Of a stretch of 64,000 nt of DNA, positions 52,601-64,000 are shown piece after piece. Source of the stretch: Haplodiscus bocki. Lineage: Eukaryota. How positions within the stretch are numbered: the first letter of the stretch is position 1; every line of letters starts with the position of its first letter. The DNA is taken from positions 68,572,001 to 68,636,000 of the forward strand of contig OZ296649.1 of assembly GCA_965655095.1 (NCBI GenBank), in the 5' to 3' direction. A program made the position numbers and the translations under genes. The notes under the pieces were generated by a model. It ran no database searches, was not told where the DNA came from, and saw only the letters and a list, made by a program, of their open reading frames with translations.

Positions 52601-55600
52601 TCATTTTTTCAGTTTTCCCGTAGTATGCCGGAAACGCTCCAAGTTTCTCTTCTTTTCATCTTCGAGCTTTCATGGACCCGGATTTTTTCTACAGGCTTCT
52701 GTTTTCCCGATGCATTGATCTCAATCAAACATGAGAGACGGTTTCTTTGAAGCTTACCGGCTATTACTCTGAGTTGCTTATAGTCTGATTAACTGCTTTT
52801 CTTCTTAGCACGAAAACATCCAATCACGCAACATATCTAAAAACTTGCAATACAGTTCGTCCCTAGTTATGAATACAATTCTATTAAATACAACACGCTG
52901 TAACAGGATTGAATTAGAACATCTTGAAGGGTGTAATATAAAAGAGAGAAATGCTTGGAGTAATTCTAAGAGTTGTTCAAGTTTCAACCAGTTGAAACCA
53001 TTCGATTAACTTCTAGAATCAACCAAGATTGCTCCAAAGCTAACTGCATACTGCTTCTTTTCCTGTACTTTGACGATTCGTATGCGGACATTTGCTAGAA
53101 GGTAGAATGATTGTCTCGAGGTCAACAAAAAACGAATGGACGTCTACGCGCTTTTGCGAACTCATGAACTCAGTCTTCGTTACTCAGGAACTATGAAATC
53201 ATAGACGGTGCAGTATTTTTGGAGAACAATATAGAATGATTTTCTTTGCTTTATCGGTTGAAGAAAGTTTCGGAAAAAGGGCCGTTTGGATCCCTTGTGT
53301 TTTGATGTGGACCGATGAAGGAATGAATCAGATTCCATGAGGCGAAAGTAGTTTATATGTATCTTGTTCGGTTTCAATTCTATACACGGATATCAAATTG
53401 TTGTTTTCGAACATATGAACTTTGCACGAGCACTCCTCCCCTGTCACAAATGAGGGATTGGATGAATTCCGCTGACATTACGTCCGATGTGAAATTAGCC
53501 GATCAATGTTTTTCTTGTGAGCATGGGACTGTCACTCGTGCGATGAGTGAAAGTAGAGCAGCGGCAACACAAAATAAGAAGCATAATTTCTCCCCTCCGT
53601 TCGCTAAATCCAAAATTGGGCAATTCAAAGGCTTGAGAATAGACAGCGTATCTTTATATGAAGCCCAGTAGTTTTGGTACAGTAGAATGGATTGATATCC
53701 AATCGTTTCGATGTTCCAACCACGCATCCTGATGTACCTGTGGCGAAAACGTTTAACTGTCATCAGCACATCCATGTGTTGGATATACTCGGCATCATTC
53801 CGCTGGTATGAAAGCGGAGATACCAATGAATTGATAAACCTAGTGGATGAAACCTCCACAACGACCGCATTTTTTTTCATTTCCGCCCTGTCACCCATTT
53901 AACATTGTGTTTCATTCGTTTTAGATGATTTTAATCACACTTTGTGCTGAAATTATTGTCACATTCACCAGACCGGGAAAGTGTACAGGTTCTTTTCAAC
54001 AATAACGTAACTGGAATAAATCTTGATCCAGAATTGTTCATTTTTTCAGTTTTCCCGTAGTATGCCGGAAACGCTCCAAGTTTCTCTTCTTTTCATCTTC
54101 GAGCTTTCATGGACCCGGATTTTTTCTACAGGCTTCTGTTTTCCCGATGCATTGATCTCAATCAAACATGAGAGACGGTTTCTTTGAAGCTTACCGGCTA
54201 TTACTCTGAGTTGCTTATAGTCTGATTAACTGCTTTTCTTCTTAGCACGAAAACATCCAATCACGCAACATATCTAAAAACTTGCAATACAGTTCGTCCC
54301 TAGTTATGAATACAATTCTATTAAATACAACACGCTGTAGCAGGATTGAATTAGAATATCTTGAAGGGTGTAATATAAAAGAGAAATGCTTGGAGTAATT
54401 CTAAGAGTTGTTCAAGTTTCAATGAGTTGAAACCATTCGATTAACTTCTAGAATGAACCAAGATTGCTCCAAAGCTAACTGCATACTGCTTCTTTTCCTG
54501 TACTTTGACGATTCGTATGCGGACATTTGCTAGAAGGTAGAATGATTGTCTCGAGGTCAACAAAAGAACGAATGGACTTCTACGCGCTTTTGCGAACTCA
54601 TGAACTCAGTCTTCGTTACTCAGGAAGCATGAAATCATTGACGGTGCAGTATTTTTTGAGAACAATATAGAATGAATTTCTTTGCTTTATCGGTTGAAGA
54701 AAGTTTCGGAAAAAGGGCCGTTTGGATCCCTTGTGTTTTGATGTGGACCGATGAAAGAATGAATCAGATTCCATGAGGCGAAAATAGTTTATATGTATCT
54801 TCTTCGGTTTTCAATTCTATACACGGATATCAAATTGTTGTTTTCGAACATATGAACTTTGCACGAGCACTCCTCCCCTGTCACAAATGAGGGATTGGCG
54901 GAATTCCGCTGGCATTACGTCCGATGTGAAATTAGCCGATCAATGTTTTTCTTGTGAGCATGGGACTGTCACTCGTGCGATGAGTGAAAGTAGAGCAGCG
55001 GCAACACAAAATAAGAAGCATAGTTTCTCCCCTCCGTTCGCTAAATCCAAAATTGGGCAATTCAAAGGCTTGAGAATAGACAGCGTATCTTTATATGAAG
55101 CCCAGTAGTTTTGGTACAGTAGAATGGATTGATATCCAATCGTTTCGATGTTCCAACCACGCATCCTGATGTACCTGTGGCGAAAACGTTTAACTGTCAT
55201 CAGCACATCCATGTGTTGGATATACTCGGCATCACTCCGCTGGTATGAAAGTGGAGATACCAATGAATTGATAAACCTAGTGGATGAAATCTCCACAACG
55301 ACCGCGTTTTTTTTTTCATTTCCGCCCTGTCACCCATTTAACATTGTGTTTCATTCGTTTTAGATGATTTTAATCACACTTTGTGCTGAAAATATTGTCA
55401 CATTCATCAGACCGGGAAATTGTACAGGTTCATTTCAACAATAACGTAACTGGAATAAATCTTGATCCAGAATTGTTCAATTTTCCAGTTTTCCCGTAGT
55501 ATGCCGGAAACGCTCCAAGTTTCTCTTCTTTTCATCTTCGAGCTTTCATGGACCAGGATTTTTTCTACAGGCTTCTGTTTTCCCGATGCATTGATCTCAA

Positions 55601-58600
55601 TCAAACATGAGAGACGGTTTCTTTGAAGCTTACCGGCTATTACTCTGAGTTGCTTATAGTCTGATTAACTGCTTTTCTTCTTAGCACGAAAACATCCAAT
55701 CACGCAACATATCTAAAAACTTGCAATACAGTTCGTCCCTAGTTATGAATACAATTCTATTAAATACAACACGCTGTAGCAGGATTGAATTAGAATATCT
55801 TGAAGGGTGTAATATAAAAGAGAAATGCTTGGAGTAATTCTAAGAGTTGTTCAAGTTTCAATGAGTTGAAACCATTCGATTAACTTCTAGAATGAACCAA
55901 GATTGCTCCAAAGCTAACTGCATACTGCTTCTTTTCCTGTACTTTGACGATTCGTATGCGGACATTTGCTAGAAGGTAGAATGATTGTCTCGAGGTCAAC
56001 AAAAAAACGAATGGACTTCTACGCGCTTTTGCGAACTCATGAACTCAGTCTTCGTTACTCAGGAAGCATGAAATCATTGACGGTGCAGTATTTTTTGAGA
56101 ACAATATAGAATGAATTTCTTTGCTTTATCGGTTGAAGAAAGTTTCGGAAAAAGGGCCGTTTGGATCCCTTGTGTTTTGATGTGGACCGATGAAAGAATG
56201 AATCAGATTCCATGAGGCGAAAATAGTTTATATGTATCTTCTTCGGTTTTCAATTCTATACACGGATATCAAATTGTTGTTTTCGAACATATGAACTTTG
56301 CACGAGCACTCCTCCCCTGTCACAAATGAGGGATTGGCGGAATTCCGCTGGCATTACGTCCGATGTGAAATTAGCCGATCAATGTTTTTCTTGTGAGCAT
56401 GGGACTGTCACTCGTGCGATGAGTGAAAGTAGAGCAGCGGCAACACAAAATAAGAAGCATAGTTTCTCCCCTCCGTTCGCTAAATCCAAAATTGGGCAAT
56501 TCAAAGGCTTGAGAATAGACAGCGTATCTTTATATGAAGCCCAGTAGTTTTGGTACAGTAGAATGGATTGATATCCAATCGTTTCGATGTTCCAACCACG
56601 CATCCTGATGTACCTGTGGCGAAAACGTTTAACTGTCATCAGCACATCCATGTGTTGGATATACTCGGCATCACTCCGCTGGTATGAAAGTGGAGATACC
56701 AATGAATTGATAAACCTAGTGGATGAAATCTCCACAACGACCGCGTTTTTTTTTTCATTTCCGCCCTGTCACCCATTTAACATTGTGTTTCATTCGTTTT
56801 AGATGATTTTAATCACACTTTGTGCTGAAAATATTGTCACATTCATCAGACCGGGAAATTGTACAGGTTCATTTCAACAATAACGTAACTGGAATAAATC
56901 TTGATCCAGAATTGTTCAATTTTCCAGTTTTCCCGTAGTATGCCGGAAACGCTCCAAGTTTCTCTTCTTTTCATCTTCGAGCTTTCATGGACCAGGATTT
57001 TTTCTACAGGCTTCTGTTTTCCCGATGCATTGATCTCAATCAAACATGAGAGACGGTTTCTTTGAAGCTTACCGGCTATTACTCTGAGTTGCTTATAGTC
57101 TGATTAACTGCTTTTCTTCTTAGCACGAAAACATCCAATCACGCAACATATCTAAAAACTTGCAATACAGTTCGTCCCTAGTTATGAATACAATTCTATT
57201 AAATACAACACGCTGTAGCAGGATTGAATTAGAATATCTTGAAGGGTGTAATATAAAAGAGAAATGCTTGGAGTAATTCTAAGAGTTGTTCAAGTTTCAA
57301 TGAGTTGAAACCATTCGATTAACTTCTAGAATGAACCAAGATTGCAACAAAGCTAACTGCATACTGCTTCTTTTCCTGTACTTTGACGATTCGTATGCGG
57401 ACATTTGCTAGAAGGTAGAATGATTGTCTCGAGGTCAACAAAAAAACGAATGGACTTCTACGCGCTTTTGCGAACTCATGAACTCAGTCTTCGTTACTCA
57501 GGAAGCATGAAATCATTGACGGTGCAGTATTTTTTGAGAACAATATAGAATGAATTTCTTTGCTTTATCGGTTGAAGAAAGTTTCGGAAAAAGGGCCGTT
57601 TGGATCCCTTGTGTTTTGATGTGGACCGATGAAAGAATGAATCAGATTCCATGAGGCGAAAATAGTTTATATGTATCTTCTTCGGTTTTCAATTCTATAC
57701 ACGGATATCAAATTGTTGTTTTCGAACATATGAACTTTGCACGAGCACTCCTCCCCTGCCACAAATGAGGGATTGGCGGAAATCCGCTGGCATTACGTCC
57801 GATGTGAAATTAGCCGATCAATGTTTTTCTTGTGGGCATGGGACTGTCACTCGTGCGATGAGTGAAAGTAGAGCAGCGGCAACACAAAATAAGAAGCATA
57901 GTTTCTCCCCTCCGTTCGCTCAATCCAAAATTGGGCAATTCAAAGGCTTGAGAATAGACAGCGTATCTTTACATGAAGCCCAGTAGTTTTGGTACAGTAG
58001 AATGGATTGATATCCAATCGTTTCGATGTTCCAACCACGCATCCTGATGTACCTGTGGCGAAAACGTTTAACTGTCATCAGCACATCCATGTGTTGGATA
58101 TACTCGGCATCAGTCCGCTGGTATGAAAGTGGAGATACCAATGAATTGATAAACCTAGTGGATGAAATCTCCACAACGACCGCATTTTTTTTTCATTTCC
58201 GCCCTGTCACCCATTTAACATTGTGTTTCATTCGTTTTAGATGATTTTAATCACACTTTGTGCTGAAAATATTGTCACATTCATCAGACCGGGAAATTGT
58301 ACAGGTTCATTTCAACAATAACGTAACTGGAATAAATCTTGATCCAGAATTGTTCAATTTTCCAGTTTTCCCGTAGTATGCCGGAAACGCTCCAAGTTTC
58401 TCTTCTTTTCATCTTCGAGCTTTCATGGACCAGGATTTTTTCTACAGGCTTCTGTTTTCCCGATGCATTGATCTCAATCAAACATGAGAGACGGTTTCTT
58501 TGAAGCTTACCGGCTATTACTCTGAGTTGCTTATAGTCTGATTAACTGCTTTTCTTCTTAGCACGAAAACATCCAATCACGCAACATATCTAAAAACTTG

Positions 58601-61600
58601 CAATACAGTTCGTCCCTAGTTATGAATACAATTCTATTAAATACAACACGCTGTAGCAGGATTGAATTAGAATATCTTGAAGGGTGTAATATAAAAGAGA
58701 AATGCTTGGAGTAATTCTAAGAGTTGTTCAAGTTTCAATGAGTTGAAACCATTCGATTAACTTCTAGAATGAACCAAGATTGCTCCAAAGCTAACTGCAT
58801 ACTGCTTCTTTTCCTGTACTTTGACGATTCGTATGCGGACATTTGCTAGAAGGTAGAATGATTGTCTCGGGGTCAACAAAAAAACGAATGGACTTCTACG
58901 CGCTTTTGCGAACTCATGAACTCAGTCTTCGTTACTCAGGAAGCATGAAATCATTGACGGTGCAGTATTTTTTGAGAACAATATAGAATGAATTTCTTTG
59001 CTTTATCGGTTGAAGAAAGTTTCGGAAAAAGGGCCGTTTGGATCCCTTGTGTTTTGATGTGGACCGATGAAAGAATGAATCAGATTCCATGAGGCGAAAA
59101 TAGTTTATATGTATCTTCTTCGGTTTTCAATTCTATACACGGATATCAAATTGTTGTTTTCGAACATATGAACTTTGCACGAGCACTCCTCCCCTGCCAC
59201 AAATGAGGGATTGGCGGAAATCCGCTGGCATTACGTCCGATGTGAAATTAGCCGATCAATGTTTTTCTTGTGGGCATGGGACTGTCACTCGTGCGATGAG
59301 TGAAAGTAGAGCAGCGGCAACACAAAATAAGAAGCATAGTTTCTCCCCTCCGTTCGCTCAATCCAAAATTGGGCAATTCAAAGGCTTGAGAATAGACAGC
59401 GTATCTTTACATGAAGCCCAGTAGTTTTGGTACAGTAGAATGGATTGATATCCAATCGTTTCGATGTTCCAACCACGCATCCTGATGTACCTGTGGCGAA
59501 AACGTTTAACTGTCATCAGCACATCCATGTGTTGGATATACTCGGCATCAGTCCGCTGGTATGAAAGTGGAGATACCAATGAATTGATAAACCTAGTGGA
59601 TGAAATCTCCACAACGACCGCATTTTTTTTTCATTTCCGCCCTGTCACCCATTTAACATTGTGTTTCATTCGTTTTAGATGATTTTAATCACACTTTGTG
59701 CTGAAAATATTGTCACATTCATCAGACCGGGAAATTGTACAGGTTCATTTCAACAATAACGTAACTGGAATAAATCTTGATCCAGAATTGTTCAATTTTC
59801 CAGTTTTCCCGTAGTATGCCGGAAACGCTCCAAGTTTCTCTTCTTTTCATCTTCGAGCTTTCATGGACCAGGATTTTTTCTACGGGCTTCTGTTTTCCCG
59901 ATGCATTGATCTCAATCATACATGAGAGACGGTTTCTTTGAAGCTTACCGGCTAGTAGTCTGAGTTGCTTATAGTCTGATTAACTGCTTTTCTTCTTAGC
60001 ACGAAAACATCCAATCACGCAACATATCTAAAAACTTGCAATACAGTTCGTCCCTAGTTATGAATACAATTCTATTAAATACAACACGCTGTAGCAGGAT
60101 TGAATTAGAATATCTTGAAGGGTGTAATATAAAAGAGAAATGCTTGGAGTAATTCTAAGAGTTGTTCAAGTTTCAATGAGTTGAAACCATTCGATTAACT
60201 TCTAGAATCAACCAAGGTTGCTCCAAAGCTAACTGCATACTGCTTCTTTTCCTGTACTTTGACGATTCGTATGCGGACTTTTGCTAGAAGGTAGAATGAT
60301 TGTCTCGAGGTCATCAAAAAACGAATGGACTTCTACGCGCTTTTGCGAACTCATGAACTCAGTCTTCGTTACTCAGGAAGCATGAAATCATTGACGGTGC
60401 AGTATTTTTGGAGAACAATATAGAATAAATTTCTTTGCTTTATCGGTTGAAGAAAGTTTCGGAAAAAGGGCCGTTTGGATCCCTTGTGTTTTGATGTATA
60501 CAGATGAAAGAATGAATCAGATTCCATGAGGCGAAAGTAGTTTATATGTATCTTCTTCGGTTTTCAATTCTATACACGGATATCAAATTGTTGTTTTCGA
60601 ACATATGAACTTTGCACGAGCACTCCTCCCCCGCCACAAATGAGGGATTGGCGGAAATCTGCTGGCATTACGTCCGATGTGAAATTAGCCGATCAATGTT
60701 TTTCTTGTGGGCATGGGACTGTCAATCGTGCGATGAAAGTAGAGCAGCGGCAACACAAAATAAGAAGCATAATTTCTCCCCTCCGTTCGCTCAATCCAAA
60801 ATTAGGCAATTCAAATGCTTGAGAGTAGACAGCGTATCTTTATATGAAGCCCAGTAGTTTTGGTACAGCAGAATGGATTGATATCCAATCGTTTTGATGT
60901 TCCCACGCGTCCTGATGTACCTGTGGCGAAAACGTTTAACTGTCATCAGCACATCCATGTGTTGGATATACTCGGCATCAGTCCGCTGGTGTGAAAGTGG
61001 AGATACCAATGAATTGATAAACCTAGTGGATGGAACCTCCACAACGACCGCATTTTTTCATTTCCGCCCTGTCACCCATTTAACATTGTGTTTCATTCGT
61101 TTTGGATGATTTTAATCACACTTTTTGCTGAAAATATTGTCACATTCATCAGACCGGGAAATTGTACAGCTTCATTTCAACAATAACGTAACTTGAATAA
61201 ATCTTGATCCAGAATTGTTCAATTTTTCAGCTTTCCCGTAGTATGCCGGAAACGCTCCAAGTTTCTCTTCTTTTCATCTTCGAGCTTTCATGGACCAGGA
61301 TTTTTTCTACAGGCTTCTGTTTTCCCGATGCATTGATCTCAATCATCAATGAGAGACGGTTTCTTTGAAGCTTACCGGCTAGTAGTCTGAGTTGCTTATA
61401 GTCTGATTAACTGCTTTTCTTCTTAGCGCGAAAACATCCAATCACGCAACATATCTAAAAGCTTGCAATACAATTCGTCCCTAGTTATGAATACAATTCT
61501 AATAAATATAAGACGCTGTAACAGGATTGAATTAGAACATCTTGAAGGGTGTAATATAAAAGAGAAGTGCTTGGAGTAATTCTAAGAGTTGTTCAAGTTT

Positions 61601-63220
61601 CAATGAGTTGAAACCATTCGATTAACTTCTAGAATCAACCAAGGTTGCTCCAAAGCTAACTGCATACTGCTTCTTTTCCTGTACTTTGACGATTCGTATG
61701 CGGACTTTTGCTAGAAGGTAGAATGATTGTCTCGAGGTCATCAAAAAACGAATGGACTTCTACGCGCTTTTGCGAACTCATGAACTCAGTCTTCGTTACT
61801 CAGGAAGCATGAAATCATTGACGGTGCAGTATTTTTGGAGAACAATATAGAATGAATTTCTTTGCTTTATCGGTTGAAGAAAATTTCGGAAAAAGGGCCG
61901 TTTGGATCCCTTGTGTTTTGATGTATACAGATGAAAGAATGAATCAGATTCCATGAGGCGAAAGTAGTTTATATGTATCTTCTTCGGTTTTCAATTCTAT
62001 ACACGGATATCAAATTGTTGTTTTCGAACATATGAACTTTGCACGAGCACTCCTCCCCCGCCACAAATGAGGGATTGGCGGAAATCTGCTGGCATTACGT
62101 CCGATGTGAAATTAGCCGATCAATGTTTTTCTTGTGGGCATGGGACTGTCACTCGTGCGATGAGTGAAAGTAGAGCAGCGGCAACACAAAATAAGAAGCA
62201 TAATTTCTCCCCTCCGTTCGCTCAATCTAAAATTAGGCAATTCAAATGCTTGAGAGTAGACAGCGTATCTTTATATGAAGCCCAGTAGTTTTGGTACAGC
62301 AGAATGGATTGATATCCAATCGTTTTGATGTTCCCACGCGTCCTGATGTACCTGTGGCGAAAACGTTTAACTGTCATCAGCACATCCATGTGTTGGATAT
62401 ACTCGGCATCAGTCCGCTGGTGTGAAAGTGGAGATACCAATGAATTGATAAACCTAGTGGATGGAACCTCCACAACGACCGCATTTTTTCATTTCCGCCC
62501 TGTCACCCATTTAACATTGTGTTTCATTCGTTTTGGATGATTTTAATCACACTTTGTGCTGAAAATATTGTCACATTCATCAGACCGGGAAATTGTACAG
62601 CTTCATTTCAACAATAACGTAACTTGAATAAATCTTGATCCAGAATTGTTCAATTTTTCAGCTTTCCCGTAGTATGCCGGAAACGCTCCAAGTTTCTCTT
62701 CTTTTCATCTTCGAGCTTTCATGGACCAGGATTTTTTCTACAGGCTTCTGTTTTCCCGATGCATTGATCTCAATCAAACATGAGAGACGGTTTCTTTGAA
62801 GCTTACCGGCTATTACTCTGAGTTGCTTATAGTCTGATTAACTGCTTTTCTTCTTAGCACGAAAACATCCAATCACGCAACATATCTAAAAACTTGCAAT
62901 ACAGTTCGTCCCTAGTTATGAATACAATTCTATTAAATACAACACGCTGTAGCAGGATTGAATTAGAATATCTTGAAGGGTGTAATATAAAAGAGAAGTG
63001 CTTGGAGTAATTATAGGAGTTGTTCAAGAATGACTTGAAGGCATTCAACTAACTTCTAGAATCAACCAAGATTGTTTAAAGCTGGCTGCATACTGCTTTT
63101 ATTTCCCTCTTCTCTGACTATTGGTTTGGGGAACTTCAATGGAAGGTAAACTGATTGCTTTGAGGTCAGCGGAAAGAACGAATGGACATTTACGCGTTTT
63201 TGCGAACTCGTGAACTCAGT
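22615..63220 (-). repeat. Tandem array (macrosatellite): 28 full ~1.43-kb units plus a partial unit, each a degenerate Polinton pPolB fragment
   Basis: The marker ATG(A/C)GGGATTGG recurs at 23340, 24769, 26196, 27625 ... 60640, 62067 (period about 1427-1440 bp). The minus strand reads GWNIE..ASYKDTLSIL..ILDLANGGEKLCFLFCVAAAL..KSNAP..VDLETI..QYAVSFGAILVD across shared stops and frameshifts. Confidence 0.95.
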
Positions 63221-64000
63221 CGTGACCTGAAGCTTGTCGGCTAATAGTCCGAGTTTGTTATGGTCTAACTGCTTTTCTTCTCTTGTCAGCATATGCCTGA
63301 GTCGTGACCATCGATCGCCTCAATAACACATATTGGTTTCCTGCTCTTTACACCTTATACCGCTGCAATGTCTTTGGTAGTCATCGAAATTTTTACGCAT
63401 AATGCAGGATCGATTCATGACGTTAATATTCTGCGGTTGAATTCCGCGAGGTGTTGGTTTGCTTTGGACTCTATGAGGTACTTACCTGAAAATGGAAACT
63501 GGTCTAGGTAAATCATTTAGCAGTTAAAAGATTTGGTTGATTGGTTATACTTTTGGAAGATATGTAACACTGTGGTCGTCGGGATTTTATCTCACAAAAA
63601 GCAGAAAAAGGAACCTATATGCTTCAGATCATCATGGTTTTTTCCAGCGATCATATGTCGTTAGTCTACGCGTCAACCATTTGATACATAATCGACAACT
63701 CGTTTGCATTAGCAGAATTTTCCTGGAAAATGTGGAACGCTGGAAAATCACTGTTACGTACCTGCTAAACATCAAAAGTATATTTATATCAGTTTTTTTC
63801 TTCGGGTGCCAGTAGTATTAAGACGCACGCCCTGAAATACAACAATTCAATTCACACAACACAATTGACTGTGTAACCCTAAAAATCTACCTCACGGGAA
63901 CTCGAAGAGTATTCCAATAGTGACGCAATTTTTATAATAAAAGTACATTCTGGTTGTCTTTTGCGGTAAACAATATCCTCGCGAATCGGCATCGGAAGAA

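Noticed and set aside
22615-63220. The many recurring 60-130 aa ORFs in the array (MRDWRKS..., MFQPRIL..., MEVSSTR...) as a tandem gene family
   Set aside because: They vary by frameshift and stop between units. The plus-strand ones are antisense shadows and the minus-strand ones are broken pieces of one pPolB pseudogene.
22615-63220. CRISPR array, rDNA, histone or snRNA gene cluster
   Set aside because: Whole 1.43-kb units repeat with no unique spacers, and I saw no rRNA, histone or snRNA motifs.

Overview
Eukaryotic (invertebrate-like, AT-rich) repeat-dense DNA with no recognisable host gene, in three parts. (1) 1-~10.3 kb is the 3' half of an envelope-bearing Ty3/Gypsy-type LTR retroelement with a few premature stops. 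Its pol ends in a DDE integrase fused in frame, through a Pro/Thr/acidic linker, to a TARG1/OARD1-like macrodomain. A ~4.5 kb accessory region follows, holding three paralogous ~95-aa genes of unknown family with TATA+TCAGT core-promoter-like motifs, a motif/palindrome-rich non-coding block, and an intact antisense 382-aa JmjC (KDM2/KDM7-like) dioxygenase gene. The element ends with a class I fusion env, a PPT and a probable 3' LTR. This virus-like retroelement carrying putative chromatin and ADP-ribose erasers is the main candidate novel system. (2) ~10.4-22.6 kb is a heavily decayed Polinton/Maverick fossil (integrase and pPolB pieces, possible ATPase) with other insertions. (3) ~22.6-63.2 kb is a tandem array of 28 full ~1.43-kb units plus a partial one; each unit is a dead fragment of the Polinton pPolB gene, i.e. 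a Polinton-derived macrosatellite. All homology calls were made by eye against remembered family motifs; no searches were run.
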